Part shown: positions 28,790-37,768 of the stretch, piece after piece
How the letters are laid out: each line of letters opens with the position of its first letter
Position numbering within the stretch: the stretch's first letter is position 1
From: Candidatus Firestoneibacteriota bacterium
GTDB lineage: Bacteria; Oederibacteriota; D2-FULL-39-29; JBBTED01
Length of the DNA: 64,000 nucleotides
Direction: 5' to 3'
Assembly (NCBI GenBank): GCA_038042445.1
Contig: JBBTED010000067.1
Coordinates: forward strand, 1 to 64,000
The notes under the pieces: generated by a model
What the model saw: the letters and a program-made list of their open reading frames with translations, nothing else
Told to the model about the DNA's origin: nothing
Database searches by the model: none
Position numbers and translations under genes: made by a program

Positions 28790-31755
28790 GAGAAAAATGG
28801 ATTCCCGCTTTCGCGGGAATGACAGAATGTAGTGGAAATTCTCGCAGGCTAAAGCCTGCGGCTACAACTACATTGTTTGTAATGATGATTTTTATTTTGC
28901 CTGTTTTGTGTAATGCAGGGGTGGGAACAACTGGGGGTGTGTTTCTTGAGGATTCTGTAGGTGCAAGACCTTATGGTATGGGTTCTGCATTTTCTGCTAT
29001 TGCTGATGATGCAAATAGTATCTATTCAAATCCTGCTGGTTTTCATTATCTTGCCTATCCTGAAATAACAACAATGTATAATAAAGCATTGATGGATACT
29101 TCATTAAGTTATATTGGGTATATTCATCCTTATGAAAATATCGGAACTTTTTCCGGGTCATTTTTATTATTTGATGGTGGAGATATAGAGCTGAATTATT
29201 TAGATAGCACAAGTGAAAAAGTGAAGGCAGGCCAGGATTGGGCCGTAACTTTAGGATATGGCAGATCTATAGGGAATTCAGAAATATTTTTTGGTGGGGC
29301 TAATATAAAATTGGTACGTAGCACATTGGTAAATAAATATTCTGCAATAGCAATAGCGATGGATGCAGGATTGTTGTATCGCACAATTGATAATAAGCTT
29401 TCAATTAGTTTAGCATTTCAAAATTTAGGTACGAAGTTGAAATATAAAAATATAGGTGATTCTCTTCCTTTTACTTCTAAATTTGGAGTTGCCTATAGAA
29501 TTTTAGAGCTTGAAGGACATTCAGTATTACTTGCAGGAGATTTTTCTCTTAATTTTGTAAAGAAAAATATTGGAGTTGAATATTGGGTAATGCAAATGTT
29601 CGCATTAAGACTTGGTGCAAAATTGGGATATAATCCAAATAGCTATACTATGGGTTTCGGGATAAATGTTTTTTCTGATACAAAATTGGATTATGGATAT
29701 TCTCCAATGATAGATGAAACAACGCATAGGATTTCGTTATCATTTAAGTTTGGTTCACAGGATAAAATTACACTTGCTGATAAATACGAAGAAAAAGGAA
29801 TGTATGCACGTGCGCAATATATCCGCAATCCAGATGATTATATGTACGCAAAGGCAAATACAATAAAAGAAAAAGATGGATTTATACCTATTATAACATC
29901 AATAGAGCCAAAGAAAGCAGGTCCGGGAACGGAAATTAAAATATTCGGAGAAAAATTTGGGAAATATAGCAATGTAACAATAGGAGATGTTTTTGCAGAG
30001 GTTATAAAATCAGAAGAAAAAAGAATAATAGCGAAAGTGCCGAATATAAAAGCTGGAGAATCAGAAGTAGTTGTGCAGACAGACAAAGGGGTTTCACTTT
30101 CAAAAACATTATCAGTGATGCCATCAAAACCAGCAATGCTTGAAGTTTCAGAAATAACATTTAAAGATGAGAATCAAGATAATATTTTGGGAGCAGAGGA
30201 AACCGGAAACATAATAATAACAGTTAAAAATCAGAAGGGTGCTGGAGAGTCGTTTGGAGTGAAGGTTAAACCAGTGTGTACTTCAGCAAAGAATGATCTG
30301 TTTTTTGATAATGAAATAAATATAGGAAATATTGGTTCTGGAGAAGAGAGAAAAGTTGAAATTCCAGTTAAAGCTGGATTAGATTTAACAACAGGCAAAG
30401 CGAGTTTTAAATTGAGTTTTACTGAAGCGAATGAATATAATCCAGATCCAGTGAACATAACATTTGATACACATAAATTAGAGCCGCCTGATATAGAATT
30501 AGCGAAATTTGAGATAGACGATGGAATGTATCCATACAATCCGGAAAAATTAGCATCAGGAAATAACAATGGAATACTTGAACCCGGAGAACAAGTTGAA
30601 ATAAACGCAGTTATTGTAAACAAGGGAACAGGTCCAACAAAGAATGGAGTTGTAAAAGTTATTTGTTCTGATCCTAAAATCAATATTTCAAGTTTAAGTC
30701 AGAGTTTAGAGTTTGATTTAGGTAGTATAGAGCCGGAAAAATGGAAAGAAATAAAGTTTGCGATAGAAGTTAAAAAACAATATAAGGGTGAACAGAATCT
30801 GCCTGTAAAACTACAGTTCAGTGAAGCAAGAAAAATGTTTAACAAGGATTTGGCAATGAACATAGGATTAGGCAGGGTGTATGCAAAAACACAAGATGTT
30901 GTTATAAAAGGAAAATCGTTTGATATTGCTATTCCAACAATTACTTCTTTCGGAGATGATTTAATTAACATACCTGCTTATGCAACAACAGAAAAGAAGA
31001 ATGCTTATGCAGTAGTGGTCGGAATAGAAAAATACAGGGATGTGGTGTCAGCGGAATATGCGGCAAAGGACGCACAGTCAATAAGAGATTATTTAATTAG
31101 CGCAATGAAATTTAAAGAAGAGAATATTAGATTTGCTCTAAACGAAAGAGCAAGCAGGAATGATTTAATCAGATATTTCAATGTGGAGTTAAAGAACAAT
31201 GTTGAAAAGGATTCTTTGGTGTTTGTATATTATTCCGGGCATGGTGCCCCGGATGCAACAACAGGCGATACATACATCGTTCCTTATGACGGAGACCCGA
31301 ATACAATAAAAGACAGCGGGTATTCGTTAAAGCAGTTGTATGAGGTATTAAGCAAACTACCAACTAATAAAATATTGGTTGTGATAGACGCGTGTTTCAG
31401 CGGTGCAGGCGGAACAAGAACGCTTTTAGCAAAAGGAGCAAGACCATTAGTAGTGAGTAAGGATACAGATACCGGGAATGCGATAGCAATCACAGCAACA
31501 GGAGCAGGACAAATAAGCGGGACTTATGACGAGAAACAACACGGGTTATTTACATATTATTTTTTGAAAGGTATTCAGGGTGAAGCGGATATAAACAAAG
31601 ACAAGGAAATAATGTTAAGCGAGTTGTATGGATATTTAAAGCCAGAGGTTATAAGGAAAGCAAGAAAAGACAACAGGGACCAGGAACCGCAGATATTGCC
31701 ATCAGTTAATCAGATAGGTGAGTTTGAAAAATTACCATTAGCAATATTAAAATGA
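28786..31755 (+). CDS. PorV/PorQ-like (UPF0164) beta-barrel fused to IPT/TIG, Ig-like domains and a caspase-family (C14) peptidase
   Basis: GARPYGMGSAFSAIADDANSIYSNPAG and THRISLSFKFG bracket the barrel; ITSIEPKKAGPGTEIKIFGEKFG (IPT); AVVVGIEKY, YYSGHG, IDACFSG, HGLFTYYFLKG (caspase fold, His/Cys dyad intact). Confidence 0.88.
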   Translation: MREKWIPAFAGMTECSGNSRRLKPAATTTLFVMMIFILPVLCNAGVGTTGGVFLEDSVGARPYGMGSAFSAIADDANSIYSNPAGFHYLAYPEITTMYNKALMDTSLSYIGYIHPYENIGTFSGSFLLFDGGDIELNYLDSTSEKVKAGQDWAVTLGYGRSIGNSEIFFGGANIKLVRSTLVNKYSAIAIAMDAGLLYRTIDNKLSISLAFQNLGTKLKYKNIGDSLPFTSKFGVAYRILELEGHSVLLAGDFSLNFVKKNIGVEYWVMQMFALRLGAKLGYNPNSYTMGFGINVFSDTKLDYGYSPMIDETTHRISLSFKFGSQDKITLADKYEEKGMYARAQYIRNPDDYMYAKANTIKEKDGFIPIITSIEPKKAGPGTEIKIFGEKFGKYSNVTIGDVFAEVIKSEEKRIIAKVPNIKAGESEVVVQTDKGVSLSKTLSVMPSKPAMLEVSEITFKDENQDNILGAEETGNIIITVKNQKGAGESFGVKVKPVCTSAKNDLFFDNEINIGNIGSGEERKVEIPVKAGLDLTTGKASFKLSFTEANEYNPDPVNITFDTHKLEPPDIELAKFEIDDGMYPYNPEKLASGNNNGILEPGEQVEINAVIVNKGTGPTKNGVVKVICSDPKINISSLSQSLEFDLGSIEPEKWKEIKFAIEVKKQYKGEQNLPVKLQFSEARKMFNKDLAMNIGLGRVYAKTQDVVIKGKSFDIAIPTITSFGDDLINIPAYATTEKKNAYAVVVGIEKYRDVVSAEYAAKDAQSIRDYLISAMKFKEENIRFALNERASRNDLIRYFNVELKNNVEKDSLVFVYYSGHGAPDATTGDTYIVPYDGDPNTIKDSGYSLKQLYEVLSKLPTNKILVVIDACFSGAGGTRTLLAKGARPLVVSKDTDTGNAIAITATGAGQISGTYDEKQHGLFTYYFLKGIQGEADINKDKEIMLSELYGYLKPEVIRKARKDNRDQEPQILPSVNQIGEFEKLPLAILK

Positions 31756-32849
31756 GAAATAAAACGGTTTTGTCATTGCGAGTGAAACGAAGTAATCTTG
31801 GGATTTATCTAGTATTTTTTCTTGTTGTTGTTTTTTGTGGGTGTGCTACGACACCAAAGTCAAAACCGGATTTAAAAGATAAATCCGATAAACTTTTTCA
31901 GGAACTTGGAAAAGAAGAAACTCCGGATATTCAACAGAATAAAGAAATGAAACAGATGGAAAAGGAGTTGGATAAAACGCCCAATAAATCAGACCAAACA
32001 GTAGAACAAGCGTCTCGCTTGTCAGAACAACAGCCATCAATGGTAGGACAGCCGTCTCGGCTGTCAGAAGAAATTTCTTTTGAAGAAACAGGTGAAGGGT
32101 TCGCGTCAAAATACGAACGGAGAATAGAAGCAGAAAAACGTGCAGAGGAGAATGCTTTATCAAAAGCGCTAAAGAAAATAGGCACAGATGTTTTTGACAG
32201 TTTCAGCGATGCAATGGCTCAATCCGGAAAAACACAGTATCAGTTCGTTGCGAAATGTCTTTATATCGGCACAAGCGGATTAGTGTCTTATGAAAGAACT
32301 GGAGAGCCGATTTTTACAGAAGAGACAAATGGAACAAAGTGCGTTCTTAAAATAAAAGGCACGGTTTATTCAAAAGGTAAGCCAGACCCTTCTTATGGGG
32401 TTAAAATAGATAAGAATTCCGGGATGGATAAACTGATTTATAATTCCGGGGATGAAGTCCAACTAAAATTTTCTGTTACAAAGGATTCACATATAACTAT
32501 TTTAAATATTGATGAGGAAAAGAACGTTTATCTGATTTATCCAAATAAGTTTGTTAAGGGAAATATACTGAAAGCAGGAGAAAGTTTTGAAATACCGGGT
32601 AACTTGGGAATAAAAATGCAGGCAGTATTACAGGAAGGAAAGAGCGAAACAGTTGAATTACTATACATAATCGCAACAAAAACCAATTCGTTGTTTTTAT
32701 CTGAGGATAGCAAAGAGATTCTTTTATCAACAGATTACACATTGTTTTCAATCGGAGAATTTAAAAGGGCTATGGAACGGATTGGAAAACTTAATCGTGA
32801 TGAGTGGACAATGATTGTTTTGCCATATACGATAGTAAAAGGTAAATAG
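31752..32849 (+). CDS. Lipoprotein with C-terminal DUF4384-like domain
   Basis: Lipobox FCGC; YNSGDEVQLKFSVTKDSHITILNID...YLIYPN pattern. Confidence 0.7.
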   Translation: MRNKTVLSLRVKRSNLGIYLVFFLVVVFCGCATTPKSKPDLKDKSDKLFQELGKEETPDIQQNKEMKQMEKELDKTPNKSDQTVEQASRLSEQQPSMVGQPSRLSEEISFEETGEGFASKYERRIEAEKRAEENALSKALKKIGTDVFDSFSDAMAQSGKTQYQFVAKCLYIGTSGLVSYERTGEPIFTEETNGTKCVLKIKGTVYSKGKPDPSYGVKIDKNSGMDKLIYNSGDEVQLKFSVTKDSHITILNIDEEKNVYLIYPNKFVKGNILKAGESFEIPGNLGIKMQAVLQEGKSETVELLYIIATKTNSLFLSEDSKEILLSTDYTLFSIGEFKRAMERIGKLNRDEWTMIVLPYTIVKGK

Positions 32850-32861
32850 TTTATAGAATAT

Positions 32862-32950
32862 GTTATGCTGAATTCATTTCAGCATCTGTAGGGGTGGATT
32901 TATCCGACCAGATATTGTAGTTGTTTTGTAGTTGCCGACTTTGGTTGGCA
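32862..32950. repeat. Cluster of three different REP units
   Basis: gttatgctgaattcatttcagcatct, gtaggggtggatttatccgacc, gtagttgccgactttggttggca. Confidence 0.7.
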
Positions 32951-32965
32951 AAGGAGGAAAAGAAA

Positions 32966-33523
32966 ATGGGAAAAGGTAATGTAGTCGCTCAATTTATTGA
33001 GCATAAGGTAGTTGCAAAGATTGGTTTGCTGATTGTTTTAGCAGTATTTGTTATAGTTGGTTGTGCATCAATGAAACCAATGTGGGTGGATAAAGGAAGT
33101 GCTGCGTTTGAGAAAGGCAAAGAAAAGGTGTTTTATGGTGTTGGCACAGCGAGTGCTGAAATTAAAGACAAAGCATTAAGAATAGAAACAGCGGATAACA
33201 GAGCAAGAGCGAGTTTACAGAAGATATTTGACACATATACAGCGTATTTAATGAAGGATTATCAGGGACAGGACGGAGTAGTTGTTGAAAGGGCTGTAAA
33301 AACATTTGCTGCTGGGAATTTATCTGGAGTTGAAATAACAGACCATTTTACTGAAAGCGATGGCACAATATATTCTTTAGCGAAACTTGATTTAGAGACA
33401 TTCAAGCAGGCAATGGAAATGGCAAAGGAAGTTAGTACTATAGCAAAGGAACATTTGCAAAAGAAAGCAGATGTTATGTTCTCTGAATTAGAAAAAGAAG
33501 AAGAAAAAAGAGGAGCAAAGTAA
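32966..33523 (+). CDS. LPP20-like lipoprotein
   Basis: AAGGAGG RBS before ATG 32966, lipobox IVGC, KPMWV..G...FYGVG.A....TADNRARA. Confidence 0.75.
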   Translation: MGKGNVVAQFIEHKVVAKIGLLIVLAVFVIVGCASMKPMWVDKGSAAFEKGKEKVFYGVGTASAEIKDKALRIETADNRARASLQKIFDTYTAYLMKDYQGQDGVVVERAVKTFAAGNLSGVEITDHFTESDGTIYSLAKLDLETFKQAMEMAKEVSTIAKEHLQKKADVMFSELEKEEEKRGAK

Positions 33524-33565
33524 ACAAAAATTTAACTACTGAATATTCCCAAATTCTTAACAAAA

Positions 33566-33593
33566 GTAGGGAACAGGATTATCTGTTCCCTAC
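33566..33593. repeat. GTAGGGAACAG...CTGTTCCCTAC palindrome
   Basis: Perfect 11-bp arms with GTAG/CTAC ends; may also act as a terminator. Confidence 0.7.
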
Positions 33594-33777
33594 AAACCAA
33601 AATGTAACAAATCAGTATTCCGTCATTCACTGACCCATTGCAAGGTTGATTTGAATTGTATTTCACTTAAATTTTTTGTAATATGTTTTATAATATATGG
33701 TCTGGTGGAAAAAATATCAACTATAAGGGAAAGAATTATGCTGTGTCTTTAAAACATACAGCATAAGGGAAAAAATT

Positions 33778-35031
33778 ATGGATAAAATAATAATAAAGGG
33801 TGGCAGAAGATTAAAAGGGGTAGTTACAATAAGTGGTTCTAAAAATGCAAGTTTGCCAATAATTGCAGCTAGTCTTTTGGCTAATTCAAATGTAACATTA
33901 GAAAATATTCCTCAGTTAAGAGATGTTACTACTATGATTAAGGTGATTACTGCATTGGGTGCGAGGGTGGAAATAAAAAGGCAGGTATTAAATATAAATC
34001 CTGAAGGGTTTAAATGTAAGGAAGCTCCATATCAGTTAGTAAGAACAATGAGGGCTTCTATATATGTGATGGGTCCTCTACTTGCAAAATTTGGATATGC
34101 AAAGGTATCTTTGCCAGGAGGTTGTGTGATTGGAGTAAGGCCTATAAATTTACATCTTAAAGGGTTTGAAAAATTAGGTGCAAAAGTTAAAATTGAGCAT
34201 GGATATGTTGAGGCAAAAGCTAAAAAACTTAAAGGTGCTGAAATTGATTTGGATTGTCCAAGTGTTGGTGCTACAGCAAATTTAATGATGGCAGCTACTT
34301 TAGCCCAAGGAAAAACTGTAATAAGAAATGCTGCAAAAGAACCGCATATAGTTGATTTGGGAAATTTTCTAAAAAAAATGGGAGCTAAAATTAAAGGATA
34401 TGGGACGGATTGCATAAGCATAACAGGTGTCCGGGAACTTTCCGGATGTATTCATGAAATAATTCCAGATTACATAGAAGCCGGAACTTTTATTACTTGT
34501 GCAGCAATAACAAAAGGTAATGTGATTTTAAATAAAGTACCTGTATCTGATTTGGAAACTGTAATATCAAAGTTTAAAGAAGCAGGTGTTAGTATAATAG
34601 AAGAGAGTCCGAATTCCTTACGTATTAAAATGTCAAAAAATATAAAGGCAATAGATATAAATACATCGCCACATCCTGGGTTTCCTACAGATATGCAGGC
34701 ACAGTGGATGGCGGTTATGAGTGTTGCAAATGGCACAAGTGTAATAACAGAAAGTATATGGGAAAATAGGTTTATGCATGTTGCTGAATTAAGAAGAATG
34801 GGAGCTGATATAACACTTGATGGAAACACTGCTATAATAAAAGGAGTGAAATCTTTAAGTAGTGCGCAAGTTATGGTTTCAGATTTAAGAGCCGGTGCTG
34901 CACTTGTAATAGCTGGCCTTACAGCAAAAGGAGAAACTGAAATTTCAAGAATCTATCATCTTGATAGAGGTTATGAAAAAATAGAGGAAAAGTTAGTAAG
35001 ATTAGGTGCAGATATTAAAAGGATAAAATAA
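33778..35031 (+). CDS. murA: UDP-N-acetylglucosamine 1-carboxyvinyltransferase
   Basis: SGSKNA, MRAS, LPGGCVIGVRP, PGFPTDMQ, HLDRGYE. Confidence 0.98.
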   Translation: MDKIIIKGGRRLKGVVTISGSKNASLPIIAASLLANSNVTLENIPQLRDVTTMIKVITALGARVEIKRQVLNINPEGFKCKEAPYQLVRTMRASIYVMGPLLAKFGYAKVSLPGGCVIGVRPINLHLKGFEKLGAKVKIEHGYVEAKAKKLKGAEIDLDCPSVGATANLMMAATLAQGKTVIRNAAKEPHIVDLGNFLKKMGAKIKGYGTDCISITGVRELSGCIHEIIPDYIEAGTFITCAAITKGNVILNKVPVSDLETVISKFKEAGVSIIEESPNSLRIKMSKNIKAIDINTSPHPGFPTDMQAQWMAVMSVANGTSVITESIWENRFMHVAELRRMGADITLDGNTAIIKGVKSLSSAQVMVSDLRAGAALVIAGLTAKGETEISRIYHLDRGYEKIEEKLVRLGADIKRIK

Positions 35032-35043
35032 GTAGTTAATAAA

Positions 35044-35412
35044 ATGATGAATCTAACAAAAGGTCAAATAGAAGCTCAGATTAGTGAAGCAATAATTAAG
35101 TTTGAGAAAGAATATATGGGTAGAGGTCCTGTTGAAACCAAAACATATATTATAAAAGATATAGTTTTTGTTCGGCTTAAAGGTGTTCTTACGCCTGCAG
35201 AAGAACAGTTGGCAAAAACTGTTGAAGGCGCAAATTTAATAAAAAGGACACGAGTTCAATTATTAGAGAGTGCCAGGTTTTTTTTAGAAAATATTATTTT
35301 GGATATTACAGCTTGTACAGTAAAAAGTCTCCATAGTGATATTAGTGTAAAAACTGGTGAGAGAATTATTATCTTTACTCTGGATAAAAATTTAGAAGAC
35401 AATTTTAATTGA
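35044..35412 (+). CDS. DUF2294 / MpsC family protein
   Basis: TKGQIEAQISEAIIKFEKEYMGRGP...LKGVLTPAE...SLHSDIS..TGERIIIFTL. Confidence 0.9.
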   Translation: MMNLTKGQIEAQISEAIIKFEKEYMGRGPVETKTYIIKDIVFVRLKGVLTPAEEQLAKTVEGANLIKRTRVQLLESARFFLENIILDITACTVKSLHSDISVKTGERIIIFTLDKNLEDNFN

Positions 35413-35437
35413 CGACAATTATTTTTTAGTATAAGAT
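35409..35437 (+). promoter_or_regulatory. sigma70-type promoter overlapping the DUF2294 stop codon
   Basis: TTGACG-N17-TAAGAT. Confidence 0.65.
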
Positions 35438-35452
35438 TCTTTAGGTTAATAA

Positions 35453-35553
35453 TTGGAAGATTAAGCAAAAACTAGTTAAATAGTAGTTGTTTGATAAGCC
35501 AACATTAAAACTTTCGAGTTTGTATATGGTGGAAAGTTAATGTTGGCTTTTTT
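35453..35553 (+). promoter_or_regulatory. Putative attenuator leader RNA (antiterminator overlapping an intrinsic terminator)
   Basis: Terminator AAGCCAACATTAA(35496-35508)/TTAATGTTGGCTT(35537-35549) plus T run. Competing stem TTGG/CCAA and TTAAGCAA/TTGTTTGA uses part of the terminator 5' arm. Confidence 0.7.
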
Positions 35554-35598
35554 ATTTGCAATGCTATTTAAATTAAGTATGTCAGAAAAACATAGTAT

Positions 35599-35781
35599 AT
35601 GATTATATTAAAAATACATTGTCCTGTTTTTAAGCACAAAATTCACTGTTCTCAACTTGAAGATACAGAGGCGTCAGAACTTTCTGAAGAAAAACGTTAT
35701 GAATTCTGTTTTAGTAAATGTCCTGTATGGAAAAAAGCACAAGAAAATGTCACAATACAGAGATTACCCACAGATAGATAA
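35599..35781 (+). CDS. Small Cys/His-containing hypothetical protein
   Basis: 60 aa, HCPVF..HC....CFSKCPVW; overlaps the carbonic anhydrase start by 35 nt; no clear RBS. Confidence 0.4.
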   Translation: MIILKIHCPVFKHKIHCSQLEDTEASELSEEKRYEFCFSKCPVWKKAQENVTIQRLPTDR

Positions 35782-36271
35782 TACTTCATACATCGATTCT
35801 ACAGCAGTAGTAATTGGTAAAGTAAAAATAGGTAGAAATGTTTACATTGGTCCAGGTGTTGTTATTAGAGTTGATGAAGCTAATAGTTCGGTTGTTATTC
35901 ATTCTAACTGTAATATTCAGGATAGAGTTGTAATTCATGCTTTAGAAGGAACGCATGTAGAGATAGGGGAGAACACATCTCTTTCTCATGGTTGTATAGT
36001 TCATGGTCCTTGTAAAATTGGTGATAGATGTTTTATTGGTTTTGGTGCGGTTATTTTTAATGCTAACTTAGGTAACGGAGTAATTGTTAAACACTTAGCA
36101 GTTGTAGAGGAAGTTAAAATTCCTTCTAAAAGAATAGTGCCTAATGGGGTTGTTATTGATTTGAAAACTGGAGTTAAAAATTTAGAAAATGTAAGTAGAA
36201 AATTAAAAATATTCGCTCAAAAAGTAGTTACTGCTAATTTGAAATTAGTAAAAAAATATAAAAATGTATAA
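35747..36271 (+). CDS. Gamma-class carbonic anhydrase
   Basis: Hexapeptide repeats, IRVDE, NIQDRVVIHA and LSHGCIVHG with all three metal-binding His. Confidence 0.88.
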   Translation: MSQYRDYPQIDNTSYIDSTAVVIGKVKIGRNVYIGPGVVIRVDEANSSVVIHSNCNIQDRVVIHALEGTHVEIGENTSLSHGCIVHGPCKIGDRCFIGFGAVIFNANLGNGVIVKHLAVVEEVKIPSKRIVPNGVVIDLKTGVKNLENVSRKLKIFAQKVVTANLKLVKKYKNV

Positions 36272-36842
36272 AGCAGTGTTTTTAGATAGAGATGGGACAA
36301 TAAATGAAGATGTGGGGGATTTTTGTTCTCCAAATAAACTTATTTTTATACCTGGTGCTATTGAGGCATTGAGGATTTTGCAGGAAAAATTTTTACTCTT
36401 TATTATTACAAATCAATCAGGAATTAGTAAGGGTGTTTTTACTGAAAAAGAATTTATACGATTTAATAAATATTTTAATAAACTTCTTAAAAAAGAAGGT
36501 GTTGTAATAAAAAAAATCTATTACTGTTCGCATATAAAAGAAGAGAAATGTATTTGTCGTAAGCCTAGTTCATATTTTTTAAAGCAGGCAGTACAAAATT
36601 ACAATATTGATTTGAGGAATTCTTATGTTATTGGGGATCATCCTCATGATATAGAAATGGGATATAATGTTGGAGTAAGTTCTATATATCTTTTGACTGG
36701 TCACGGTAAAAAACATAGACAAGATTTAATAATAAAACCGGATTTTATTGCTACTGATCTTTACAAAGCATCAATTTGGATTTTTGCAAAAAACAAGTTA
36801 AAAGTTGGGAAATATTGCAATTTTTTTGAGAATATGATATAA
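36264..36842 (+). CDS. gmhB: HAD-IIIA hydrolase, D-glycero-D-manno-heptose bisphosphate phosphatase-like
   Basis: FLDRDGTIN, ITNQSG, CxH...CxCRKP, IGD. Confidence 0.8.
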   Translation: MYKAVFLDRDGTINEDVGDFCSPNKLIFIPGAIEALRILQEKFLLFIITNQSGISKGVFTEKEFIRFNKYFNKLLKKEGVVIKKIYYCSHIKEEKCICRKPSSYFLKQAVQNYNIDLRNSYVIGDHPHDIEMGYNVGVSSIYLLTGHGKKHRQDLIIKPDFIATDLYKASIWIFAKNKLKVGKYCNFFENMI

Positions 36843-36880
36843 AAATTTTAATAAAGGTAATTAAAAAAGGAGGCAGTATA

Positions 36881-37738
36881 ATGGAAGAAAGAGATATTTA
36901 TGAGAGTATGAAGACAGTGCAGTCTGCAATGAAGAAGCCGGAGGTAAGGATGGCAGTAATTATCGGAGCAATTCTGATAGGTTTTTTGTTTTTTAGACCA
37001 TGGGTTCAGGTTGGTCCAGGTGAAAGAGGGGTTGTTCTTAATTTCGGTGCTGTTCAAAAGATTGTGCTTGGAGAAGGAATTCATTTCAGGATACCTGTAG
37101 TGCAGAAAGTTGCTTTTATGGATGTTAAGGTGCAGAAATCTTTAATAAATGCTGCTGCTTCATCGTCTAACCTTCAGGAAGTGAGTTCAGAGGTTGCGAT
37201 TAACTACCACATAATTCCGGATAAAGCAAATATTGTTTATCAATCCATCGGCATATACTTTCAAGAGCGAATCATAGATCCAGCAGTGCAAGAAGTGGTA
37301 AAGGCTGTGTCAGCCAAGTATACAGCAGAAGAGCTTATAACAAAGAGGGCATTGGTAAGCGAGGCAATGAGAGCAAATCTTGCTGAAAGACTTTTCCCGT
37401 ACAATATAGCAGTTGATGCATTTTCTATTGTCGGGTTCAGCTTCTCCAAAATATATTTGGAAGCTATTGAGTCAAAGCAGACAGCAGAACAACTTGCACT
37501 AAAGGCAAATAGAGATCTGGAGAGGATAAAGATAGAAGCAGAACAGAAAATTACGGCAGCCAGGGCAGAAGCTGAATCTCTGAGACTTCAAAGAGCAAAT
37601 ATTTCAACAGATCTTATAGAGTTGAGAAAAATAGAGGCAAACCTTAAGGCAATAGATAAATGGAACGGAATATTGCCACAGGTTACAGGTAGCGGGGCAA
37701 TACCATTTATTGGAGTAGGTGATATACAGGGAAAATAA
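36881..37738 (+). CDS. Prohibitin/SPFH family membrane protein
   Basis: N-terminal TM, GERGVVL, EGIHFRIP, AIESKQTAEQ, IDKWNG. Confidence 0.9.
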   Translation: MEERDIYESMKTVQSAMKKPEVRMAVIIGAILIGFLFFRPWVQVGPGERGVVLNFGAVQKIVLGEGIHFRIPVVQKVAFMDVKVQKSLINAAASSSNLQEVSSEVAINYHIIPDKANIVYQSIGIYFQERIIDPAVQEVVKAVSAKYTAEELITKRALVSEAMRANLAERLFPYNIAVDAFSIVGFSFSKIYLEAIESKQTAEQLALKANRDLERIKIEAEQKITAARAEAESLRLQRANISTDLIELRKIEANLKAIDKWNGILPQVTGSGAIPFIGVGDIQGK

Positions 37739-37768
37739 ACAAATAATCGTGTATGTGGAGAATTTCCT

